A stretch of DNA of 63,600 bases, the filler included, from Intoshia linei (taxonomy: Eukaryota; Animalia; Orthonectida), in assembly GCA_001642005.1 (NCBI GenBank). It is 5 parts of 5 records of this genome, joined end to end, with 100 filler letters (N's around TTAATTAATTAA, not from the genome) between each part and the next. Parts side by side here need not be neighbours in the genome. Positions count along the whole stretch, not along the records: positions 1 to 21,387 come from LWCA01000649.1; 4 more parts are not named here. One strand, given 5' to 3'. The notes below the pieces were generated by a model. That model saw only the letters and a list, made by a program, of their open reading frames with translations. It did not search any database and was not told the origin of the DNA. A program made the translations under genes and the position numbers. Below are positions 1 through 11,819 of the stretch, one piece after another (within the stretch, counting starts at the first letter, position 1; each line of letters starts with the position of its first letter).

Positions 1-1321
1 GTTCAATATAAAAATAGCTTCCTTGATATTGATTTTTTTGGTATTTATAGTATCCATAGGGTTATCGGTGTACATATCGTAATATAGTTTTTTTGCATAT
101 TTAGATTTCATATAATATAATATGTGTTGATCCATCAGATGTAAAACCGACGTGGTATTCGGTAGTAAATATACGATTTTTATTAGCCCGTCTTTTGATT
201 CTAAAGGATCATAAAATATGTGTGAAGGTGCATTATCCACAACCAACAATGCTGTTGCTGGTACATTTGACTTTTTTGAAAAATTCTTTACTGACTCAAC
301 GAAATCGTTCAAAAACCAATTTTTAAATACTTCCCGTGTCATACATCCTTTACTTAATGATTAATATATTACTGGAAACTCTATATTCTTGATAGAACGC
401 GGGTTTTTGGCTTTTCCTAATATTAATAATTTTAATTTATTAAACCCATTACTATTACTGCATGCCATTGCAGTTAATCTGCTCTTGTCAGATTTGGTTC
501 TTTTTATTTCATGTTCATGTTCATTTGAATGGGTTAATGAGCTTCTATCTAGTTTCTTCCAATAGAATGCTGTTTCATCAGCATTATAAATCTGAGAATC
601 GTTTAAACCCATTTCAATGGATAGTTCTAAAATTTTTTCTTTAAATGTTTCGATTCCACTCATGTCCGCCGACAATGAGTCCCCGGAACATTTCCTTAAT
701 ATTATACTGTCTTTTTTTAAATTTGTATAACCACCCTATACTAGCATTAAATGCTGCGGTAGATGGATAAAAGATATTTTTGAAATGTTAAGCCTTCTCT
801 GTCATTATTTTAAATCGTTAGTAGATACGGATCTAACATCTACGTTCTATAAACCAATAGAATAATTCCTCTTCTATTTTAGGATATAAGGATTTTCTAA
901 AATTTTTGCAATCTTTAAAATTTACATAAGACATTTTAGAAGAATTAATCAATTTGTCTTTATTCTTTTTTATGTTATATTATTCAATTTTATAATTAGG
1001 TTGATAATACAAAATAAACAATGGATAAACTTGACTTTAACCAATTCATTATAATACATTCATTATAAATATACACCAACAATGAGCCATAGTGATGATA
1101 ATAAACATCACTACAACTTTGATTTCAGATTTTTATTAAATTTTGATTTTCAAGTATTTAGCAGAAAATATCACCCTAAACCGTGTTGGACTGTAATAGA
1201 AAAAAATATAATATCATAATGTATTTTAATAGTTTAAATATTAAATGAAAAATTAGATGGCTTACTAAAACCCGTATGGGGCATTTTCCAAAAAATGGTG
1301 CCCCAATCCGAGGTACGACTG
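1..1321 (-). mobile_element. Degenerate pogo/Tigger (DDE_1) DNA transposon, truncated by window start
   Basis: ORF 361-675 has the IYNADETAFYWK and RLTAMACSNSNG..KLKLLILGK..PR motifs of pogo/Tigger transposases. A CENP-B-type HTH remnant (FNASIGWLYKFKK) lies near 710-760. The terminus CAGTCGTACCTCGG (reverse strand) ends at 1321 next to TA. Stops and frameshifts are present. Confidence 0.88.
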
Positions 1322-1399
1322 TAATAAATATAAAAATAATAATAACAAAGTTACATTATTTTTGGTAATTCGTTGTAGTTTTAATTAAGTTTAATTTTT

Positions 1400-1756
1400 A
1401 ATTTTTTTAAATTTTTAAACTCGTTTGATTTTCAAAAAAGGACAATTGGGGTTTTTGACCCGTAACATGTGAGTTTTGGAGGATCTAGGTAACATATATT
1501 GCTTGTACAGTTTGCATTAAAAAAATTTCATTCGAGAACTGCAAGGTTATTACAATTCTAATATTTAATTGCATATTATTTCTTACTGTGATTCACTATT
1601 TATAAATTTTTTTACTGTGATTCACTATTTATAAATTTTTTTACTGTGATTCACTATGTGATTTACTAAAATTCATAATTTGTAGTGTAAATTACTGATT
1701 CACTGTTTAATGGGACCGATAATACACACAAACAAAGCATATTATATAAGTAAGGA
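1400..1756 (-). mobile_element. 5' fragment of non-autonomous Helitron family
   Basis: Ends in the shared terminus A|TCCTTACTTATATAA..TTTGTTTGTGTGT (reverse strand). The block at 1405-1485 matches 33465-33545 and 56465-56550. Confidence 0.7.
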
Positions 1757-2338
1757 TTTATTATAGAAAAAATAATTTGTTGGTTGCCAATGTTTATAAA
1801 TTAATAATGCACATAATGTAATATCATTACTCCTTATTTTAACTAATATTTGTGAAATTAGATGATATTGTATTATAAACGCATTTTTAAACATCCTAAA
1901 TCTAAAATCTAAGATTATTGAATATTACAATATTTTCATTAAATTCAAAATACTCATTTCAACATTACTGGCATACTTGATAAAAAATCGTAAATACAAA
2001 TGTATAAATTGTATAAAATATATTTAATTGGCACAGATATACAATAAAAATAAAATTAAGTTTATTGTCTAATAAAAATATGTTTTGTAAATATTGTTTT
2101 ATAATATTTTATTGTATGTTTTGAGATATGGAATGATCTGATTTGAATGCTAAATAGGTAAGGTGAATTCTAAATGAACATACTTTTTTTTAAGTTGTAT
2201 TCTTGTTAGTTTACATAGCGTGCTGTAGTGATTTGAAATGTAATTTTTAGGGAATTATATACATTAGGTATATATATAATTAGGTATAACTCTATAGAAA
2301 CAAATTGTAATTTAACGACTAATAATTTTGATGGTCAA

Positions 2339-5300
2339 ATGGAACAAACATCGTGTTGTCAAAGAATTATGAATCGAATTTGGCTCAGAAAAGAAAAAAA
2401 ACACCTGAATCAACGTACCATTCATCTCAATAAAATACGCCGCGAAAATTATATAAAATCCTTCAAAAAGAGCCATTCCAAAAAACCTTACAAAAGCAAT
2501 TATATTTCGTAGTTTTTATTTTATCAAAAATTTTTATTTTATTTTTAGAACTGCCAAATACGAATTTTACAATTTTTTGTTCCTGTTTTTGTACGAACAA
2601 TTTCACATTTACAGCAATATTTTTTTCCTTGCTATTAGTGCAATTCAAGTATTTTATAATGTCAATAATTATGTTATAACTTTATGGTTTGTTTTGGATG
2701 TGTACAACATTAATTTTTAATTTATAATGATTAAACTTTAATCGAAGCTACAGTACAATCAGTTAAAATTTACATTAGTGAGTATTGTTCCTTTTTTGAT
2801 ATTTTTTTATATATACTTAATTAATAATAATAATTAACGGTTTTAAAATATTAATTTATTAGTAAGTAAATAAATTCACGAGACTTAAATGTTGACGAAA
2901 TTTTTTTTAATTTTTTAAAAAAGTTGGGTAACACTGGAATATATTAATTACTGTATTTAAATATCTAAATTTATAGCAAATACCGGATATTTCACCAACC
3001 GGAAGGTTTACTACATTAATTCCGCTAGTATTTATACTTACGATTTCTGCCTTTAAAGAGTTAATCGAAGATTGGGTTTTCATTCCATTTCAAATGTTAA
3101 TATGTTTAGAAACGACATAGAAACGATGACAAAGTGAATAATTCCTCTGTAGTGGGTATTTCATTTTTATCACTCATAAAAAATATCTATTAGTTTTAAT
3201 TAATGGCGAGTGGTGCACTAAACGATGCAAAAGTGTAGAGGTTGGAGATATCGTTAAAATTTCCAGTGGAAATGTTATTCCGGCAGATTTACTTTTAATT
3301 TCTTCTAGGTATATTTTATTTAAATTCATTTTGATCGCGTTAATCAACGAATAATACAAACTATAAATCCGCGTTAACCGAATTGCGCGTTAATCGGGAT
3401 ACCTGTCTATTATTTTATATTTTTTTGGTAATACAAGTCTATTTCGTTAACACAGTTTGTATTTTTCTGTTCGTTGCATTACATCACGGTTTCTCAAATA
3501 GTGTGCCGCGAAACAAAACGGTTTAACTACAAAGAGTTATATATTTTATAAATATGTTATAAGAAAATATACTGAGGTTGACCAACAAATCAATACATTT
3601 ATGAGAAATTTTGATTTGTGCTTGAGATAAATACAATGTATTGTAATTTATTTAGTGAACCCAGAAGTTTATGCTACCTCGAAACTTCAAATTTGGATGG
3701 TGAGACAAATTTAAAATTGAAACTGGTTATTTTTTATTATTATTTTTAAACTTATTTTTCTTTATTATTGTAATAAACGCAATTATATCACAGTGTATGT
3801 TAATGTAAAATATTATTTAGGCGATTAAACAAACTTGTGAGTTTACTGAAAGAGCCGATTTAGTTGAACTAGAGGGATGTTTAGAATGTGAATTACCAAA
3901 TAAAAAACTATTTGAATTTTCAGGTGTTTTAAAAATTGTGAACAAATCGTAATTTTTAATGCTGAATATTTTTAAAACATTTTAGTATTCCCGTTGGAAA
4001 TGATCAAATCCTACAAAGGGGTTGCACTCTTAGAAACACAGATTGGATTTGTGGTTTAATATTTTATTTTAATTTCAAATTTGAGTTGAATGAATTTAAA
4101 TGTTAGGTGTTGCAATATATACCGGCCAAGAAAGCAAAATTATGATGAATTCTGCTAAAGGGCCAATGAAAAGAACTGCTGTGACTCGTGAAGTCAATAA
4201 AATGGTAAATATTTTTAAATTTTCAGTTATCTATCATTTTACATTTAGATTATAATTCTCATGATTATTTTATTTTTGTTAGCTTTTTCTTCATCGGTAA
4301 TCTCCAATTTATGGGACCTAAAAGATTATTGGTACTTATCTGGACTAAAACGTAATATTAAATTAGATAAGGATACATTTATTTTAGCAAATGGTTGGAT
4401 GTACTATTTCTACAATTTTTTAACATTTATTGTTCTATTCAACAACATTATTCCAATCAGTTTACAAGTCACATTAGAATGTGTACGATTTGCACAGACT
4501 TTTTTTATTAATTGGGTACATTTATTTAATGATGTATGCATTAAAATTAAACCTAAACTCTTAGGATGAAGAAATGTATAGTCAGCGATTTAATAATTAT
4601 GCCACTGCTAGAACTTCAAATTTAAATGAAGAATTGGGACAGGTAAATGCCAATAAAATGATATATTTGATTTTCAGATTGAATATGTTTTTTCTGATAA
4701 AACTGGAACATTGACACAAAATGAAATGATTCTACGTTTTGTAACGGTGGGGAAATGTCAGTTTAGATTTTTTATCGATGAAGACAATCCACCGAGTGAC
4801 GATAAATTTGAATTTAGTGAGTACAAATCGGACCCAGCTTCAAGTAATAATAGTAAGGATAGCATGAGAAACTCAGGATCTTCTTCCAATGATGAACATT
4901 ACACTTTTGATGCAGATAAGGTCCATTCAATGGATTCCAAACTTGATGAAGATGTTAAACAATTGTACAAAAGAATTGTAAGACTGCTTTCAATTTGTCA
5001 TACCGTCATTCCATATAAAAGCTTAGATTCGCCTACACTGGAAATTAGCTACCAAGCATCTTCGCCGGACGAAGAAACGCTAGTATATGGAGCGAGTTTG
5101 GGTGGTTATTCCATGACAAATAGAAACCCAGAGACTATTACAATAGAAGAATTTGGAACACCAAAAACGTGGAATATTTTAAATATTTTAGACTTTAACA
5201 GTTACAGAAAAAGAATGTCGATAATTGTTCAAGACCCAAATGATGGGAGTATATATTTATTTACTAAAGGTGCAGATAGTGTCATTTATGAACGATTACA

Positions 5301-8300
5301 CGAACATCAAATGTACATTAATAAAGAGTTGATCATGTCCCAGTTGAACGTTTATGCCTCAGTAGGGTACAGAACTCTTGTTCTAGCTCAAAAAAAAATT
5401 CGACAAATTGATTATGATGCTTGGCATGAGCAATACCGCGAAGCCAGTATTTCTATGGAAAAACGTTCGTCTAAACTTGACAGCGTTTCTGAAATGATTG
5501 AAAAAGATTTACAATTGATTGGAGCAAGTGCCATAGAAGACAAATTGCAAGATGAAGTACCTGAAACTATTATGAATTTAATTGATGCAAAAATTAAAAT
5601 TTGGATGTTGACGGGTGACAAACTTGAGACTGCAATTTCAATAGGATATTCATGTGGTCTTATTATGGAAAAAGACAAAACTATTATTTTGGATAATGCT
5701 AATTTAATGGTTATTATACTTTGTCAAAAAATTGATAAATTTTTAATTAAAATATATATTTAATTTTAGGAAGTAGAAAATTTTCTTTTTGAACAAAAAA
5801 ACAAAAACCATGAATCTACTGTTTTAGTATTGGATGGAAATGTAAATATAAATGTATACAATATTTAACTAAAACGTAGTCACTGCGAAACTGTTTTGAT
5901 AAATCTATTTTGAATAAATTTGCAAATTTTACTTTTGGTATCAAACGAGTTATTTGTTGTCGGTAAATTTAATAAAAAAATTTTGGGTTACATTTATTTT
6001 AGAGCTACACCTGCTCAAAAGGCAGAATTGGTTCATCTTGTAAAAAAAAGAAATAAAAGTACCACACTCGCCATAGGTGATGGAGCCAATGACGTTGGTA
6101 TGATTAAGGTAATAGTTTTTACGATTTAAGTGCAACGGAACTGGTGCTAGCAATTTATCGAAGTATTTTTATCTACAAAAATTTAAAAACTAAATTATAA
6201 TAATGTATCATGCACTGTTTTTAAAATAAAATTTCAAAAACACCAAAGCATTAATAACATATGGTGAAAGGTTGGCTATAAAATGTCCAGTTATTGAGAA
6301 CGTTCTCTCAGATTCAAAACTCATACGCTTAATTTTTAGCAGTGCAGTGAAGTGACACCCTGTTCTAGATCAAATTTTAAAATATTTATTCCTTTTGGAA
6401 TTCCCAAGGTAACGTGAAATATAAAAAATTTATGAAAAAATGTTTTTTCTCATAAGATTTGGCAAAATTGTGTTTTCAAAAAAATATCAGTAAATCTCGA
6501 TTTTTCTAGTGCTTTTTGAATTGATATTTTTTATTAAATTTTTTTATGGTGGTATAAAAGTGGGACTATAATGTAGTATAAATAATAATGTAGCAGTCGT
6601 CTAGGCTTTAGGATAAATTCCAAACATCTTGTAACTTAATAAATATTAAAAATTCTCCTATAGAAATAAGCAAAAAGTTGATAAATTTTTTTAATATATA
6701 TTATTTGAATCTGACGGACCTCAGACATATAGTTTAGGGGTCCAATTGTGAACCCCTGTTCTAAATGCATCGATAATAATTATAAATCTATAGAACCATT
6801 TTTATTACTGTTTTTTGAAAAGTTATTATATTCAAATAAAAGATCTAAAATTTTGAATTATTTTATTATATTAAATAGAGTAGGGGTCGCCAACCAGTGG
6901 CCCACATAATAATTTCGGTGTCCCTCTGAGTAAATATGTAAATTATATTTTTTTAAATTTTTCAACTTTTAAACACCGTTTTAACCATTTTCTACTACAA
7001 GGATTGATTCATTATAATTATTTTAATACTGAATTTTTAAACGCCCTGGATTTTATTTTTTTGAATATACTAGAACCGTTTCTCTTTAATTAAATTTTTA
7101 AATGTATCGTGTAAATTTTCAAAAACGGGGCCCGTAGAATTTTTTGATGTAAAAAAGTGACATATGAGATGTGAAAGACTGCCGACCCCTGAATTAGAGT
7201 ATTTAATTGATGTTATGAGTAGTTTATTAATTTATATTTTGAATATTACAATGTATAACGTAGATGGCTAATATTGGAGTTGGACTAATGGGCCACGAAG
7301 GTTTACAAGCATGTGCTGTATCGGATTATGCGATTAGCGAAGTTTGTATCAATCATTGTTTTATAATTAGGTTTAGTTTAAACACTTGAATAGGTTATTA
7401 TTTGTCCACGGGTGTTGGAATTATGATAGAATTACCAAAGTTATTCTATTTTCCTTTTACAAAAACATGTGCCTTTTTATTATTGGGGTATTTCGTATTC
7501 TATTTACATCATAATTCAAAACGTAGTTTTGGTTTGCTTTCAAAAATGCATTCAGTGGTCAAATTATAATCGAAAGCTGGTCACTTAGTATGTACAATGT
7601 TGTAATATCTATTTTTTAACATTTAAATATCATAAATTATAAAAATATTCTTTATTTTCAAGTAGTTTTTCACAATGATGACGCCTCTTTCCCTCGGAAT
7701 ATTTGACAAATTTGTTGAAGATAAAAATGCCTTGAAGTATCCAGAAATATATTCTTGTTTTCAGAGAATGCAACATTTTAATATCAAAGTGTTTCTTATT
7801 TGGTTGTTGGATGCCATATATCATTCTCTGGTTATATATTGGTCTACAACCATGTTTCTTAATAAAGGTATACATTAGTTATCAAATTATTATTTTAAAA
7901 TGGCTGTGACGTGATGATTATCTAATAAATATTTTAATTTAGAAATTTCAAAAAGCAATGGGACTATTGGAGATTTTATTTTTGTTGGAAATTTTATATA
8001 TGCCGTAAATATTTTAACATTTATTCAGACAACTGTTTTATTTTATTTCATAGTACGTCGTCACAACCGTTACTTTACATGCTGGGTTATTACACAATCG
8101 TTTGAATATAGTAAACCTTCAATCTTAAAATTTGATTTAAATATTGACATAGTTTGCTCACATTTCCATATGGGGCAGTATTATCATGTGGGTGATATTT
8201 ATAAATGGATATTCTCATGTATGGCCAACATTCGAAGCCGGTGAACAAATGAAAGTTATGGTAATATTTTTAGTGGTTTTAATAAATTATTTATTAACAA

Positions 8301-9026
8301 ATTAGGCAATGGAATTATTCAGTACACCGTTGTTTTGGTTTGGATGGCTTCTTGTGCCAATATTAACTCTTGCAAATGATATTTTTATGACAATGTAATT
8401 ATGATAAACTGTATGGCTCGTTTTTCAAACTATAGGTCGTACAAAAGTAAAAACATTTTAATTTTTCAGATAACAACATTTTGTGGTTAAAAAATTTTGA
8501 AAAACGCTCATTTAAACTATCACATGTTTGATTATAGAACCAAACGATTAATTCAATACCAACTCAAAGATAAAATAAGTTCATCAGAGCTACAAAAAAT
8601 TGACATGACTTCATTCATGATAAATAAAACTAGAAGCGGGTAAATAATTTATAAAATTATTTATTATTTATATTTATTATTACATTATGTATGTATTATT
8701 TATTTTATATTTATTGTAAATTATAAATATCAAGTATAGGTTTATAAATACTATGAAACGAATGAAGCAAGTATTTTACTTAAAGAGTGACACACCAAAA
8801 AGTACATCAAGTTTAAAACGTATGTTATATTTGTTTCATATTATCATTATTGTACTTAGATGGAGGTTACGCCTTTTCACAAACCGAAAATGCTTTCATG
8901 TCTCAAGTATGTTATATTACAAATGTTATTGATACAGTGTAGTACAATATATCATTAAATATTTCATTTTAGAGAAAGGTTATGGAAAATTACGATACCT
9001 ACGCCTCAAAACCTTCTGGGATGTAA
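2339..9026 (+). CDS. ATP8A1: P4-type ATPase phospholipid flippase (ATP8A1/2-like), multi-exon
   Basis: Spliced translation gives [47 protein letters not shown] (phospho-Asp), [31 protein letters not shown], and a C-terminal GYAFSQ...[11 protein letters not shown] tail typical of ATP8A/Drs2. About 25 GT-AG introns. Start ATG is uncertain. Confidence 0.93.
6881..7191. mobile_element. hAT-type MITE in ATP8A intron
   Basis: Termini TAGGGGTCGCCA...TGCCGACCCCTG, flanked by a near-perfect 8-bp TSD (AAATAGAG / AATTAGAG). Confidence 0.75.
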
Positions 9027-9221
9027 ATTATATCAAATAGAAAACTTGTTACATTTGTTTCAATAAATTATTCTATTTTAAAATAGCTGTGACGTGATTA
9101 TCTAATAAATATTTTAATTTAGAAATTTCAAAAAGTAATAATAAAGTACATTATATTATATTCTTTTTATTTTCAATTTATTAATTATCCAAAGCAACAT
9201 ATATAATATCATTGCAAATAA

Positions 9222-11220
9222 ATGAGTAAATTCATTAAAAACAATATTGAACTTAATTCTTAGATGTAAATTTGTACATAGAGACATATCCTCATCCTTA
9301 TCAATTAAAAATAGAGAAAATTAAAAAAGATGAAATTTTAGTAAATGATTTACCTGAATTTTTCAATTTAGTAATTTTTATTAACATATATGTAATATCG
9401 AATTTTTAGGAAAACATAAATTGTATATTTTCAGAAATAGGAGAAATTGATTCTATTACCCTAACCAACAAAAATGGAATTCCTTGGGAAAACCCTAATA
9501 ATTTATACACAAATAAATTTTTCAATTTACCAACGGTTTTTTTATTCTAATTTCAAATTTATTGTATATACATTTTAAAAGTATTTTATTAGAACTCGTT
9601 ATCCAATTTTATTGTCAAATACAAGAACGATCCGAATATTGATGGATGCACTAAATTAGTTTTTAATAATTTAGAAAATTTAAAATTACATTCTTTTTCT
9701 AGTAAGTATTTCAATTTTAATGTTGTTGATAATAAAATATGTATCTAAACCTAAAGTGATTCGCAGCGATGATTGTATAGCATCCTTTGGTTACTTTTCA
9801 GAAATTTCAAAAAAATGAATTTTTTTATTGACAGCTAAAATAAGACGTTTCGATCACGGATATGCACTTTAAGACTTGTAAAATCAAAAATGGTGCAAAA
9901 AATTTTCGAGCTTATTTTTAATATCAAACAATTTAAACATGTTAATAAGGTGGGTGCAAATAAAGTACTCACATCTAAAGACTTTAAAAACTAATGAGAT
10001 AGAGATGCACGTTATCAATATTGAATATCTACATGACTGATTCATTTTATTGGTAAACTATTAATTTAGATTTCTTATTTAATACTCTTCCGACATACGA
10101 AACAGTTAATGACGACAATATGAGTGAAATATCCGACTATGTTAAAGAATATGAAATACAGCAAGATATGGTTATTTTTTAATTTAATTTGACCCGAGTT
10201 TCTTGAAGTGTCTATGTATTTTAAGAATTATAAACGTTAAATATAAAAAGTTAATGATGTTAAAATTATATATTTTATTTTGATGAGCGCCTGATAATTT
10301 AACAATTAATAAAAACAATTATATTTAAAAAGTTTAAGAATGTCTGATTTAATGGTTACGCTATGTTATGAATTGACATTAAGATTAACGTGCAGATAAT
10401 AATTATTATAATCATGGTTATTTTTAATTGTATAAATTTAGAATAAAACTAAAATTGAAAAATCAAAGAATAATGTTGATAAGGAGGGTTGGGTTTTAGT
10501 TGGACCTAAAAAACAAAAACGATCATATCAAAATAAGTCAACTTCAGAAATAGCAGCCAAGAAACAAAAAAAGGTTATTTTATTCTATGTATTATACTCT
10601 TACCGCCGCATACATGATTATTATCTATTTTTTGTGTACTATTTGAAATGCATTTTCATATTGGTCTGTCACAAGAGTTGTCTTTTAGAGTATTGTAATT
10701 TTCTATCATGATCCAGTTCAGAATGACACTTCATCAAAAACGGTAATATGACAAATTTACAGAATGTTAATTAAATGTTTCATGATATTAAATTGAGAAC
10801 CCTTAGTTGAATTCTAGTTTTTTATAAAAATTTTAATTGTGAAAAAATGATCATACAAAAAAATATCTATAAGGGTATTAGACCATTCTAAGCTTGTTTA
10901 AAACCTCGTCAAGATTTGAATCATTACTGTTATACTTTTTTATCATGCTTTCTATATTAATTGTGATATTATATATCATTAGAAGAATTAATTAACTAGG
11001 TTACTGACCAGATTGTATTCGAAATGTGTATTAAATTTCTATTTTTCTATTTAGAGTAAATCCAAAATTCCATACAATATTAAACACAAGAACGTGAATC
11101 CTGGTAATTTTTTAGAAAATTGTATTTGATAGTGTATTAGAAATATTGAAATTACGGTCAGATTTTGAGCAGAAAAAAAAGAAGATACAAATTAGGGAAG
11201 CTAATCGAAAATTTGTTTAA
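9222..11220 (+). CDS. RRP7A: Ribosomal RNA-processing protein 7 homolog A, multi-exon
   Basis: N-terminal RRM-like segment (LVNDLPEF..ENINCIFSEIGEIDSI) followed by the Rrp7 C-terminal signature VDKEGWVLVG and LRSDFEQKKKKIQIREANRKFV*. Confidence 0.8.
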
Positions 11221-11819
11221 TATTATTAAATTATATTTACACATTGTTTTTTAATTTAATTTTATATTGTTTTGGATTTGTGGTTTTAAATATTGATTGA
11301 TGTCAATTGTGTTTTTGTGAGCAATTTTTTTGATATTTAATTGAATTTATCGACTTTTGACGACGAACCTGTTGATACAGATAAATACATTTGTTCTAAT
11401 TCATAAAAATATAAATATTGAATTGCGTTAGAATTCTGCCCACTCTCTGTAGAGTTCATTGACAAAGAAACAAGTATTGATTATTCCTATTGATCGTCAG
11501 ATAGGTACTGTATATGTATAACCTGATACTTATTAAATATTCAGTCTTAAATTCAGTAAATTTAGAAACCAAATTACTTAAATTTAAAATAAAATGTTAC
11601 ATAAATAGAACTGTCCGTAATTCAACATAATTGTGTTTATTAATGTATAGATTGGGTTATGCGTGTTAGAAAACGTATACATTCAATAATAAATGCAAAT
11701 AAATTTGTTTAGCGATAGTTAAAACTGCACTTGTCTACCATTTGCAAAAAAATAAAAATTGATACAGATCATTTTTGTGTTACACGCTCTATTGATTTGA
11801 ACTACATTACAGACTTGAT

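Noticed and set aside
5412-5678. Antisense ORFs (also 462-644, 26660-26872, 32605-32886, 51005-51223, 56987-57325, 58121-58429)
   Set aside because: They are shadows of recognisable coding sequence on the opposite strand and have no motifs of their own.
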